60,663 nucleotides of DNA, from the sequence record SRR20825006_1064; one strand, 5' to 3'. How positions within the stretch are numbered: position 1 is the first letter of the stretch; the number at the start of each line of letters is the position of its first letter. The notes under the pieces were generated by a model. That model saw only the letters and a program-made list of their open reading frames with translations. It did not search any database and was not told the origin of the DNA. The position numbers and the translations under genes are program-made. Below are positions 19,149-28,628 of this stretch, one piece after another.

Positions 19149-20429
19149 TTGATCGTGGCACTCAGGTATGAAAACGGCGCACTGATGATGGAAGGGGTTT
19201 CCCTTACCACCATTGCGCAGGCCATTGGCACCCCGGTGTATTGTTATTCAAAGGCTGCAATTGCGGCGGCGTTTGACGCTTATAAAGCGGCTTTCTCGTG
19301 CTTTCCGGGGGTCATGGTCTGTTATGCGGTCAAGGCCAATACCAACCAGGCGGTGATTGGCACGTTGGCTGACCTTGGCGCCGGAGCCGATGTGGTTTCG
19401 GAAGGGGAGCTCAGGCGTGCCCTCAAGGCCCATATTCCCACGTCAAAAATTGTTTATTCCGGTGTGGCAAAACGCCCGGCGGAGATGGCCTTTGCGCTCA
19501 AGGCCGGTATTTTCCAGTTTAATGTGGAATCAGAGCCAGAGCTTTTCGCGCTCAGCAAGGTCGCAACGTCCCTCGGGCTTACCGCAAACATCGCACTTCG
19601 CGTCAACCCGGACGTGGACGCCAAAACCCACGCCAAAATTGCCACCGGCAAGGCGGAAAACAAGTTTGGCATCCCGTGGAAACGGGTGCGCGAGGTTTAT
19701 GCTGAAGCTGCGGGTTTGCCCGGTATTCGCATCCAGGGCATTGCCATGCATATCGGCTCCCAGCTTATGTCGCTTGAGCCTTATGATGCAGCTTACGCAA
19801 GGCTCAAAGAGATGGTCACCGCGCTCAAATCCGACGGCATCACGCTTGACACCATTGATATCGGTGGTGGGCTCGGCATCCCTTATGACGGCGGCGCGGC
19901 GCCTGATGTCTCGGCGCTTGCGGCACTCGCCTACAAATACCTTGGCCAGTTTGGCGCACGGCTGATGCTGGAGCCCGGCCGGTCGCTTGTGGGGCCATGC
20001 GGCGCGTTGCTATCCGAGGTGATTTATGTGAAGTCTGGCGAAAGCCGGGATTTCCTGATTGTTGACGCAGCGATGAACGACCTGATCCGCCCCGCCATGT
20101 ATGATGCCTACCACGGCATCAAACCCCTGAAGGCTGACGCCCGGCCAGATGCGGCGTATGATGTGGTTGGCCCGGTGTGTGAAACCGGTGATACCTTCGC
20201 GGTTGGGCGCACAATACCTGAGTTGCGTGCGGGCGAGCATATCGCTTTCACCCACACCGGCGCTTATGGCGCGGTGATGGCATCCACCTACAACACTCGC
20301 CTGCTGGTGCCTGAGGTGATGATCGACGGCGCGAATTTCGGCGTGATCCGCCCGCGCGGCAGTTATGACGAACTGATTGCCGCTGATACCCCGTGGCAAA
20401 ACGGCGAGGCGGTCAAAAAAGCCGGTTAG
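19149..20429 (+). CDS. lysA: Diaminopimelate decarboxylase
   Basis: YAVKAN (PLP lysine), RVNPDVDAKTHAKI, HIGSQ, EPGR, GPVCETGD, GAYGAVMASTYN; start TTG 19149 or GTG 19155. Confidence 0.95.
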   Translation: MIVALRYENGALMMEGVSLTTIAQAIGTPVYCYSKAAIAAAFDAYKAAFSCFPGVMVCYAVKANTNQAVIGTLADLGAGADVVSEGELRRALKAHIPTSKIVYSGVAKRPAEMAFALKAGIFQFNVESEPELFALSKVATSLGLTANIALRVNPDVDAKTHAKIATGKAENKFGIPWKRVREVYAEAAGLPGIRIQGIAMHIGSQLMSLEPYDAAYARLKEMVTALKSDGITLDTIDIGGGLGIPYDGGAAPDVSALAALAYKYLGQFGARLMLEPGRSLVGPCGALLSEVIYVKSGESRDFLIVDAAMNDLIRPAMYDAYHGIKPLKADARPDAAYDVVGPVCETGDTFAVGRTIPELRAGEHIAFTHTGAYGAVMASTYNTRLLVPEVMIDGANFGVIRPRGSYDELIAADTPWQNGEAVKKAG

Positions 20430-21283
20430 ATATCTTCAACAGCCTGTTGGCTCAGGGTCACAAGCTCACGCCCGTGGGTGTTGCGGCTTGAAAGCACAAG
20501 GTAAAGCGCATCAATGAGGTGCTGCAGCGCCACGCGCGCGATGATGTGTGGCGCGCTTGAAGCGGCGGCCGGGCCGGAGCGCTCATCAAAGGTGAACAGG
20601 CTATAGTCTGACATCAGGCTCAGCGGGTTCACGTCATATTTTGTGAGCGAGACGATGGTGACACCTGCTTCTTTTGCGGCTTCTGCCAGCTCGTTCACGT
20701 GGCTGTTCTGGCCTGAGACAGAAAGCGCGAACAATACATCCCCGCGCCGCATGGAGGCGAGATTGGCTTTCTGTACAAAGGGGTCACTTTCCGCGACGAC
20801 AGATTTGCCCATGATCATCAGCTTGAGCGCAAAATCCTTCACCACCAGCGAATAGCCGCCTGCGGCGACAAACTGGATACGGTTGGCTTTCTCGATGGTG
20901 CGCACCACGTCCAGCAGCGCTTCTTCGCCGTTCAGCTCCGCGATGCCGCGCACAACGTCGGCTTTGGTTTGCGCAAGTTCCTCAAACACGGTGCCAGCCT
21001 CGTGGTCGCCAGCGGGCTTTTGCATCTGGTTGAGATCAACCTGTGCGCTGCCTCGCGCCAGCTCTTCACTAACCGCAAGTTTGAGGGCGGGATAACCGCG
21101 GTAGCCCAGCTTCTGGCTGAACTTCACCACGCTTGATTGGCTCACGCCAACCGCTTCGGCGAGTTGCTGCGACGAATAATCCCTGAGAAGCGAGGCGTTG
21201 TTCAGGATAAATTCGGCAAGTTTCCGTTCGTTCGCAGACATTCCGTTAACTGCCCGCCGAATATTTGCCAAACAATCGTTCAT
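20426..21283 (-). CDS. MurR/RpiR-family transcriptional regulator
   Basis: HTH SSQQLAEAVGVSQSSVVKFSQKLGYRGYPALKLA closely resembles the MurR/YfhH subgroup; C-terminal SIS domain (LSVSGQN). Overlaps the lysA stop by 4 nt. Confidence 0.92.
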   Translation of the reverse strand: MNDCLANIRRAVNGMSANERKLAEFILNNASLLRDYSSQQLAEAVGVSQSSVVKFSQKLGYRGYPALKLAVSEELARGSAQVDLNQMQKPAGDHEAGTVFEELAQTKADVVRGIAELNGEEALLDVVRTIEKANRIQFVAAGGYSLVVKDFALKLMIMGKSVVAESDPFVQKANLASMRRGDVLFALSVSGQNSHVNELAEAAKEAGVTIVSLTKYDVNPLSLMSDYSLFTFDERSGPAAASSAPHIIARVALQHLIDALYLVLSSRNTHGRELVTLSQQAVEDI

Positions 21284-21418
21284 AGAACTTCTTCACCCCG
21301 TTTGCGTTTGCACTGTTGCCGGTGGCGCGTCTCCGCGCTCGCATCTGTGCCAAACTCCCTCTCCTTCATTTCGTTTAGGCCGAAAGCCGCCTGAACTCAA
21401 GCATTACGGTGATGTGGT

Positions 21419-22834
21419 TTAATTCTTGCTGCTTGCCGGGAACCAGTGCAGCCACCACCTGAGCACTTCATCCTCGGCCCGGTACATTGGCGTTACGCCG
21501 CTGCCCGGTGCCGGGTCATCCGCCGTGCCGGTAATCAGCGCAATGAGCGCATCACCATTTTCAAAATCGATCCAGAACTGACCCATAAGGCCGTAGGCGT
21601 CACCGAGGTGACCCGTGAGCGTACGGTCTTCCTCCAGGTTCCATTCGGGCAGATGCACAATATGGGTGGAAAGCCCATAAGCCTGCATCAGGCCCTTGGA
21701 TGGCCCGTCAGGGTTCGCGTCTTCGCCCGTGGTGTTGGCGTTCTCTGTGCCCGCGTCATAGCGCCAGAAGGGCGTGGCCATGGCCTTCACGCTCTCGGGG
21801 CGCAGAAGCCGTACACCGTCAACCTCGCCGCCACCCAGCAGGAGACGCGCGATTTTTGTGAGGTCCTTGGCAGATGCCCGCAAACCGCCCTGAGGCGAGA
21901 AAGCTGTGGGGTTTTCGCCGGGCACGTAGCCTTCCAGTACCGGGCCGGGTTGCTCCCCACGGCCAACAGGCTCCATGCCGTAGGTGCAGGAGAAACGTTT
22001 GCTATCAAGCTGGGGCTGCCAGTCACCGTCCGGGTGCCAGTTGCCGTCATCATCGCGTTTGCGGAACAGGGTGGCCATGCCGTCCGGGTTTACCGTCGTC
22101 ACATCACACACATTATAGCTGGCACCAAGGCCAAGCGGGAGCAGCACTTCCTCGCGCATATAGCGGTCGAAACGCTTGCCGCTCACCATCTCGATCACAC
22201 CGGCCATGATGCCGAAGTTGAGGTTGGAATAGGTGAAAAATTCGCCGGGCTGTTGGCCTTCGCCGCTTGCGAAATGCGCACCATCTTCATAGTGCGCGCC
22301 GCCGGGGCGGAAAAAGTCTTGAAACTTCTCACCGACCTTCAGCCAATAATAGCTTGCGTCACGGATCGATGAGCTGTGTGACAGCACCATGCGAAGCGTG
22401 ATTTTATCATTGGGGAAATTGGGGTTTCTGAGCGTGAAACCCAGATAGTCGGACACGTCCGCATCCAGGGCTACCTCACCCTTTTCCACCAGCTTCATAA
22501 GCCCGATGGTTGCCACCAGTTTGGAGATGGACGCAATGCGCATCTTGTGATCGAGAGTGAGGGGAATGTTCTCACCCGTATCAACGCGCGCAAGCCCGGT
22601 CGCATGCGTGAAAACCGGCTTGCCGTCCCTGATGACAACCATCTGCAGCCCACTGATCTCGGGTGAGCCCTGAACCTTACCTGTGACAATTGCGTCAAGC
22701 GCTTCATAGGCCTCGGGGGGAAGGCTGTCGTTTGCCGCAATCCCTCTCGTCACGCCAGTAAGGCCAAGAAACCCAAGCGTGGCACACATCACGGCAGCTC
22801 TGAAACTTGGGAGGAATTGTCGTGACACGTGCAT
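21419..22834 (-). CDS. Periplasmic beta-lactamase-fold serine hydrolase
   Basis: Signal peptide; MRIASISK, FTYSN, GHLGDAYG. Confidence 0.88.
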   Translation of the reverse strand: MHVSRQFLPSFRAAVMCATLGFLGLTGVTRGIAANDSLPPEAYEALDAIVTGKVQGSPEISGLQMVVIRDGKPVFTHATGLARVDTGENIPLTLDHKMRIASISKLVATIGLMKLVEKGEVALDADVSDYLGFTLRNPNFPNDKITLRMVLSHSSSIRDASYYWLKVGEKFQDFFRPGGAHYEDGAHFASGEGQQPGEFFTYSNLNFGIMAGVIEMVSGKRFDRYMREEVLLPLGLGASYNVCDVTTVNPDGMATLFRKRDDDGNWHPDGDWQPQLDSKRFSCTYGMEPVGRGEQPGPVLEGYVPGENPTAFSPQGGLRASAKDLTKIARLLLGGGEVDGVRLLRPESVKAMATPFWRYDAGTENANTTGEDANPDGPSKGLMQAYGLSTHIVHLPEWNLEEDRTLTGHLGDAYGLMGQFWIDFENGDALIALITGTADDPAPGSGVTPMYRAEDEVLRWWLHWFPASSKN

Positions 22835-22869
22835 GATACGGACCTGTGCATTAGGGTTCTGTGGATTTC

Positions 22870-22926
22870 GAATACATTATTCTAAATCGGGCGCAGGCCC
22901 GTACCCCAAATTGAATATATTATTCC
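22870..22926. promoter_or_regulatory. Two GAAT-N5-ATTC sites upstream of the hydrolase-murR pair
   Basis: GAATACATTATTC (22870-22882) and GAATATATTATTCC (22913-22926). Confidence 0.65.
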
Positions 22927-22969
22927 ATTAGAGTCAAGGCCTATTCGCGGCTTTTGGCACAGCAGTTTT

Positions 22970-23512
22970 TCAGGTTTTAGTCACCTCGTACCGGTTCATC
23001 ACCAATCCGGAGCCATAGCTTTGTGAACTGAGAAGTTTCAGGTCAACGTCACCCTCTATTTCGCCAAAAAGACGAATGCCTTTTCCAATGAGGATCGGGA
23101 TCAGCGTAAGCGTGATATCGTCGACAAGGCCCGCCCGCATGAATGATTGCACCAAACGCCCCCCGTCAACATAGGCCCGTTTCCAACCCTTTTCATCCAG
23201 GTAGTTCATCACCTTTGCCGGGTCGGTCTCGTTCGTGATCTCAACTTTGTCTTTCAACTCAACGGGAATGTCGTCAGGCCCCAAAGTGGCGCTCATGACG
23301 AGCACAGGTTTTGTGTAGATCCAGTTTTCAAAAGTTAATACGGTTTCATAGGAACCGCGCCCCATTACCAGCCCGTCTACACTGTCGATGAATTCATCAT
23401 AACCAAAGTCCTCGCCCTCGGTTTTCTGTTTCATCAACCAATCAAGCGTGTGGTCTTCTCGCGCGACAAAGCCATCAAGGCTGGTGGCGATATAAACATG
23501 GCCGGTCGTCAT
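22970..23512 (-). CDS. Dihydrofolate reductase/RibD C-terminal family protein
   Basis: YIATSLDGFVA, MGRGSY, YVDGG, PILIGKGIRLF. Confidence 0.88.
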   Translation of the reverse strand: MTTGHVYIATSLDGFVAREDHTLDWLMKQKTEGEDFGYDEFIDSVDGLVMGRGSYETVLTFENWIYTKPVLVMSATLGPDDIPVELKDKVEITNETDPAKVMNYLDEKGWKRAYVDGGRLVQSFMRAGLVDDITLTLIPILIGKGIRLFGEIEGDVDLKLLSSQSYGSGLVMNRYEVTKT

Positions 23513-23600
23513 ATTATGCTTCTCCTCCAGTGTGCCAGTGCAGTGCTCTTATCTGGCACGTGTGTCAGAAGAGGGGAAGACGCGATACAGGCTATTTTGA

Positions 23601-25109
23601 TCAGAGAGGCGAAGGCCGTCTCTCTAGTACCTGCCCTGAGCGGGCCTTCGTGGGACCGCCGACTTCAAACGCTGTTTTGCCGCCCACCAGCACCATGTCA
23701 AACCCGGTGGCGAGTTTGTGCGGGGTGGTGAAATTGGTCCTCTCTCGCACGTTTGCAGGCTCAAAGATAATGAGGTCTGCCGCCATGCCGGGGCTGATGA
23801 TGCCGCGGTCAGAAAGCTGCATGATCTCAGCCGGGAGCCCGGTGGCCTTATGAACAGCGGCTTCAAGGCTCATGAGGCTTTTATCCTGCACATAATATTC
23901 AATCAGCCGGGCATAGGTGCCGTACCCGCGCGGGTGGCGCATGGTGGGGCTGCCGTCGGTTGAAAGCGCCATCCCGGGTGCTGCAACCAGCCTGTCCACC
24001 AGTGTGCGGTCCATCACAAAATGCGCCGCGCTGCCGCCGGTGGGGCCAAGGTCTGCCATGAAATCAACCGGATCTTTGCCCGCGTCCCGCGCGGCTTCAG
24101 CCATGGTTTTGCCGGCATGGGGTGCTGTGCCAAACAATAGCGCTTCCGGCCCGCCGCGTTTTTCAATTCGTGCTTTCAGGTAGGCCTTCAGCTCGTCATC
24201 GCGGGTTTGGCGCAGGGCGTTATAATCGGTTGGTGGCAAGGCCCATTCGGGGAAGAGGATACCCACGCCGGTAAAGCTGGCGGCATAGGGGTAAACGTCT
24301 GCGCTCAGCCTCGCGCCGCTCACGCGTTTGCCTTCCATAAACGCCAGCAGCTCATCCGCCCGCGCGGTGCCTTTGCCGTAAACCACCTTGAGGTGGGAGA
24401 TATGCACCCGGCCCTTGGGTGCCATGCTGACAAGCTCGTCGATCGCGTCTTCCACATCCGCATTATCTTCGCTGCGCATATGGCTCATGATGATGGCGTT
24501 CTCAGCCTCAATCACTGCGCCCAGTGCTTTCATCTCAGCCTCTTCCGCATACACACCGGGCACATATTCAAGCCCGAGCGACAGGCCAAATGAACCAGCC
24601 GCCAGATCATCCTTCAAGGTTTGTTGCAGGGCTTTGATTTGCGGGGCAGAGAGCGCTCGGGTGCCGTCATCAATGCCAGCCTTGTGGCGTACCGTGCCGT
24701 GGCCCGACATGGGGATAACATTCAGCTCCAGCCCGTTTTTGGTCGCTTTTGTGCGCCATGCGTCAAGCCCGCTGCCTGTCAGGCTCTCGCTGCTGCCGTC
24801 CATGCCAAGGGTGACGGTTGTGACCCCTTGGGCGAGGAAGTTTTCAAATGAATGTTTGAGCGGATTGCCGTGGCTGTGAAGGTCGATAAAGCCCGGAGCG
24901 ACAACGCGGCCTTTGGCGTCTATCACGCGTTTGGCGGTTGTGGTCGCATTTGGTGCCAGCACTTCGCTGATCACGCCGTCTTCCACCACTATATGGCCGG
25001 GGTAGGCATCCGCCCCTGTGCCGTCCACAATCATGGCGTTCCGGATGATGAGGTCAGCGTCCGCGAAGGCGGCGGATGAAAAGAGCATAAGGCAGGCGAG
25101 CAGGCGCAT
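23601..25109 (-). CDS. Secreted N-acyl-D-amino-acid deacylase (amidohydrolase)
   Basis: APGFIDLHSH, SHMRSE, HISHLK, DVYPY, STDG...HPRGYGTY, MSLEAAVHKATGLPA. Confidence 0.88.
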   Translation of the reverse strand: MRLLACLMLFSSAAFADADLIIRNAMIVDGTGADAYPGHIVVEDGVISEVLAPNATTTAKRVIDAKGRVVAPGFIDLHSHGNPLKHSFENFLAQGVTTVTLGMDGSSESLTGSGLDAWRTKATKNGLELNVIPMSGHGTVRHKAGIDDGTRALSAPQIKALQQTLKDDLAAGSFGLSLGLEYVPGVYAEEAEMKALGAVIEAENAIIMSHMRSEDNADVEDAIDELVSMAPKGRVHISHLKVVYGKGTARADELLAFMEGKRVSGARLSADVYPYAASFTGVGILFPEWALPPTDYNALRQTRDDELKAYLKARIEKRGGPEALLFGTAPHAGKTMAEAARDAGKDPVDFMADLGPTGGSAAHFVMDRTLVDRLVAAPGMALSTDGSPTMRHPRGYGTYARLIEYYVQDKSLMSLEAAVHKATGLPAEIMQLSDRGIISPGMAADLIIFEPANVRERTNFTTPHKLATGFDMVLVGGKTAFEVGGPTKARSGQVLERRPSPL

Positions 25110-25118
25110 GGTGTGGTC

Positions 25119-26315
25119 CTATTTTTCTTCGGTCGTGGTGTTTTGGGCTGCGGGGAAAATGTGTTCGAACATATCTGCGCGAACACGTTCCCTCAGCCCA
25201 AAGGCATGGTCGCCCGCAGTGTTATTATTATAGATGGCGGCGGTGCCTGTCTTGGGGTCGATATAGACGAAGGCGGTAAAACCGGCTTGGTCCCCGGTGT
25301 GGCCAATATAGCGTGTGGGCGCAGCCGCGCCTTCCGGTGTGTTTTGAATAGTGAAAAACACCATGCCCATATATTCCTCAACGGACGTATCGTCGGTACG
25401 GCGAAGGGCCTGCCACATCTCATCAAAACTTTCCCGGCGCAGGATGGCGGGTGTGCTGTCGTCCAGCCCCAGCCACACATTCAGCCATTTCACCATGTCA
25501 CCTACCGGGGCGTTCAGGCCACCGTTGCCCACGGTGGCGCCGGTGTCGAAATCAGGCCCGAAGGCCGACACTTCACCGCCTTCAACCCAGTAGCTGTTCG
25601 AACGGTCGGCCAGCAGGTGATAAGGCGTGGTGTCAAAATAGCTTTTGCTCATGCCCAGCGGCATCAGGATATTTTTGGTAAGATATTCCTCGATACTGTC
25701 ACCGCTGATGATCTCAACCACCCGCCCGAGCATGGAAATGCCGGGGTTGGAATAGCTATACGCGCTGCCAGGCGGGAAATGCAGCCGGGTGTATGGCATC
25801 ATGGCCGCAACCTGTGACCAGGCTTTGGGCTCAAACGGGTGCCAGTCTTCTCCGCCACCCCACGGGAATGTGGGGGAGCGAAAGCCGGAGGAATGCGTGA
25901 TCAAATGACGGAGGGTGATGTCCTCCATGCCACCATAAGGGTTATGCACCGCTCCCACTTCCGGCAGATATTTTATGATCGGGTCATCAAGGCTCAACCG
26001 CCCGCGGTCACGCAGCTGCATCACGGCGGTGGCCGTCAGCGTTTTGGTGATCGACGCCCAGTGGAAGATGGTGCCCTCGTCAATCTGCCGCCCTGTTGCA
26101 TCGTCCGCCATGCCATAGTTATGCCGGGCGATGATTTTGCCGTCCCTGAGGAAACCGACGGTGGCACCGATGGTGCCCGCATCTGCCATCATGCTGTCAA
26201 AGCGGCGTTCGAAGGCTTGCCAGCGATCATCAATCGCATCCGCCGCCACACCAGTTGATGTGAGACATAAACATGCGATGAGCGAAAAAGCTTTGTGTTT
26301 AAAAATGTTTAGCAT
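25119..26315 (-). CDS. Periplasmic beta-lactamase-fold serine hydrolase
   Basis: Signal peptide from ATG 26315; FHWASITK, YSYSN, GHTG. Confidence 0.88.
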   Translation of the reverse strand: MLNIFKHKAFSLIACLCLTSTGVAADAIDDRWQAFERRFDSMMADAGTIGATVGFLRDGKIIARHNYGMADDATGRQIDEGTIFHWASITKTLTATAVMQLRDRGRLSLDDPIIKYLPEVGAVHNPYGGMEDITLRHLITHSSGFRSPTFPWGGGEDWHPFEPKAWSQVAAMMPYTRLHFPPGSAYSYSNPGISMLGRVVEIISGDSIEEYLTKNILMPLGMSKSYFDTTPYHLLADRSNSYWVEGGEVSAFGPDFDTGATVGNGGLNAPVGDMVKWLNVWLGLDDSTPAILRRESFDEMWQALRRTDDTSVEEYMGMVFFTIQNTPEGAAAPTRYIGHTGDQAGFTAFVYIDPKTGTAAIYNNNTAGDHAFGLRERVRADMFEHIFPAAQNTTTEEK

Positions 26316-26373
26316 GTCATGTCCCCCCACTAAATGCTATGGCAACACCGCCACACCCGCGCCGCAGAAACCG

Positions 26374-27510
26374 TCACACATTTGCCCACAAACGATCAGG
26401 TTTCAGCGCATTCTCAATCACCCCGAAGACCTTGAGCGCCGGGTCAGGCTCGCCCGTCAGGATAAGCCCGGCGGCGAAACGCGCAAGCGCTGGTGCTGTC
26501 TGGATACCGTAGCCCCCCTGACCCGCCAGCCAGAAAAAGCCTTCCGCGTCCTTATCGAACCCTGCAACCGGTGTGCGGTCTGCCACGAAGGACCTGAGGC
26601 CCGCCCAGCGGTGCTCAATGCGGCGCACATTGATGCTGGTGGCGGTCATCAGCCGGTCGGCGGCGATGGCAACGTCCAGCTCTTCCGCCTGCGCGTCACA
26701 GGCCGAGGTTTCCGTTTCATCACAAGGGGATACCAGCAGGTGTCCGGCATCGGGCTTGAAATAAAACTCTTCCCCGATATCCATCACCATCGGCCAGTTG
26801 GCCGGGTTATGTTCTGGCGGTGGTGCAACCAGAATGGCTGTGCGGCGCTTGGGTTTAAGCCCGATGGAGCGTGCACCTGCAAGCGTGCCAATCTCATCCG
26901 CCCAGGCGCCAGCGGCGTTCACCACCACCGGGGCGCTGTAGCAGCCCGCGCCCGTGGTAACACGCCAGTTGCCGCTTTGTTTTTTGATTTCGCTAACGGT
27001 TGTGCCTGTCTGGATATCCCCGCCCTTGCGGCGGATATCCTTGAGGTAGCCCTGATGCAGGCCATGCACGTCGATATCCGCCGAGCCGTCTTCATAAAGT
27101 GCACCAATGAGCGCATCTTCCTTGAGCACAGGGCAGTAAGACACAGCCTCTTTTGCGCTGATCCAACGGGTATGGGCGGCAACATCAGGCTGTGCTTTCA
27201 AGCCGTCAAGCGCTTCGGCCTGCAAGGGCGTGGCCACAAACATGGTGCCGCGTGGGTTCAGGAGTGGCGCTTCTGCAAAACCCTCAGGCGGGTTTTCAAA
27301 AAACGCTTTGCTGGCACGGGAAAGCGCGCGTACCGCCTTGCTGCCGTATATTTCCGAGAATAGCGCGGCCGAGCGCCCGGTTGAGTGGTAGCCCGGCTGC
27401 TCCTCGCGCTCAATCAGTAGTATGTTCCGATGGGCTGCCAGCTCAGCGCCCAGCGAAGCGCCAGCCATGCCTGCGCCAATGATGATGATATCGTATGATG
27501 TATCGGCCAT
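26374..27510 (-). CDS. FAD-dependent oxidoreductase, D-amino-acid dehydrogenase (DAO/DauA-like) family
   Basis: IIGAGMAGAS, GYHSTGRSAA, VNAAGAWAD, WAGLRSF, GQGGYGIQTAPA. Confidence 0.85.
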   Translation of the reverse strand: MADTSYDIIIIGAGMAGASLGAELAAHRNILLIEREEQPGYHSTGRSAALFSEIYGSKAVRALSRASKAFFENPPEGFAEAPLLNPRGTMFVATPLQAEALDGLKAQPDVAAHTRWISAKEAVSYCPVLKEDALIGALYEDGSADIDVHGLHQGYLKDIRRKGGDIQTGTTVSEIKKQSGNWRVTTGAGCYSAPVVVNAAGAWADEIGTLAGARSIGLKPKRRTAILVAPPPEHNPANWPMVMDIGEEFYFKPDAGHLLVSPCDETETSACDAQAEELDVAIAADRLMTATSINVRRIEHRWAGLRSFVADRTPVAGFDKDAEGFFWLAGQGGYGIQTAPALARFAAGLILTGEPDPALKVFGVIENALKPDRLWANV

Positions 27511-27547
27511 TTAATCCAAACTCCGGGCAGGTTGCCCAATTTCATTT

Positions 27548-27605
27548 GGAATAAATTATCGAATAATTCTGAAAATAGGAATAAAAAATTTCTAGCGCAT
27601 GGAAT
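27548..27605. promoter_or_regulatory. Imperfect GGAAT-N5-ATTCC-like sites upstream of the oxidoreductase operon
   Basis: GGAATAAATTATCG (27548), GGAATAAAAAATTT (27578), GGAATAA (27601). Confidence 0.45.
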
Positions 27606-27654
27606 AACCCCGAAATAGCGCAGAATACAGCGAATTTTTACGCGGTCAGACCGC

Positions 27655-28515
27655 TCAGGGTTGCGGTATTTCTCTGGCCACCACTTCACGCAGACCTCGC
27701 ATGATCATCTTCGTCAGCGTTTCGTCATGGTCTTCTGCATAAGCGATATACACCGGGTAGGTGAAGGTCGGGGCGCTTGTCACCTGCTCCAGCGCACCAC
27801 TTGCAAGGAAGGGTGCCGCAATACGCAGCGGGAAATAACCGGTGGCTTTATTCTCCAGCAGGAAGGAGATGCCCAGCGTGCCTACATTCAGGCTCATGTT
27901 CGGCGCTGGCGCATCGGGGAAATTAAGCGCATGGTCAGCCTCAAACTCCGGGCCCCAGTCCACATAAACATAGTTCTCGCCCAAGGGGCCGTTTGGCGCG
28001 TGCTCGCTGGTTACCAGTACCAGATGTTCCTCGAATATCTGTTTGATTACGATACCGGGCCGCGCCACGGGGCGGTACAGCACGGCAAAATCCAGGAGGC
28101 CATCTACCAGCTGGCGCATCAGCGCATTTGAGGCGGCGGTCATTTGCGCGCGGATGGCAATCTCCGGCGCGTGGGTATGCATCCACGGCAGCCAGCGGAG
28201 GAGAAAACCGTCCCACAGGCTGGGCTGGCCCCCAACCACAAGCATGCGTTTTTGCCCCTCCGGCACCGCAAGTGTCAGTTTGGCCTGGTCCCACATGCGC
28301 ACAATGGCGATGGCATGGCGGGCAAATTCCTGCCCAACCTTGGTGGGAGTGGCGCCTGATTTGTTGCGCACAAACAGCTCCTGCCCCAGCTGGTCTTCCA
28401 GCGCTTTTATGCGGGTGCTGACAGTGGATTGCGCCACATTCACCTTTTCTGCGGCATGCAAAAAGGACCCGGTTTCAACAACCGCAAGGAAGGTGCGAGC
28501 CTGTGCTATATCCAT
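27655..28515 (-). CDS. LysR-family transcriptional regulator
   Basis: N-terminal HTH FLAVVETGSFLHAAEKVNVAQSTVSTRIKALE; 286 aa. Confidence 0.95.
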   Translation of the reverse strand: MDIAQARTFLAVVETGSFLHAAEKVNVAQSTVSTRIKALEDQLGQELFVRNKSGATPTKVGQEFARHAIAIVRMWDQAKLTLAVPEGQKRMLVVGGQPSLWDGFLLRWLPWMHTHAPEIAIRAQMTAASNALMRQLVDGLLDFAVLYRPVARPGIVIKQIFEEHLVLVTSEHAPNGPLGENYVYVDWGPEFEADHALNFPDAPAPNMSLNVGTLGISFLLENKATGYFPLRIAAPFLASGALEQVTSAPTFTYPVYIAYAEDHDETLTKMIMRGLREVVAREIPQP

Positions 28516-28528
28516 GAAATTCTTCTTT

Positions 28529-28545
28529 TATCGAATATTCCGATA
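28529..28545. promoter_or_regulatory. LysR recognition box (T-N11-A)
   Basis: TATCG-AATATTC-CGATA inverted repeat just upstream of lysR in the divergent promoter. Confidence 0.7.
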
Positions 28546-28628
28546 TTATCTATCAAATATATCCGCTTTTCAAATAGTATCCATGAGCGCAGAACAAAAG
28601 GACCAGTGTAACTTTTGAGGATTAGAGC

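Noticed and set aside
26131-27363. 410-aa plus-strand ORF (and similar long antisense ORFs at 13481-14389, 21446-22372, 36117-37226, 51179-52807)
   Set aside because: Each lies opposite a well-supported gene; typical shadow frames in GC-rich DNA.
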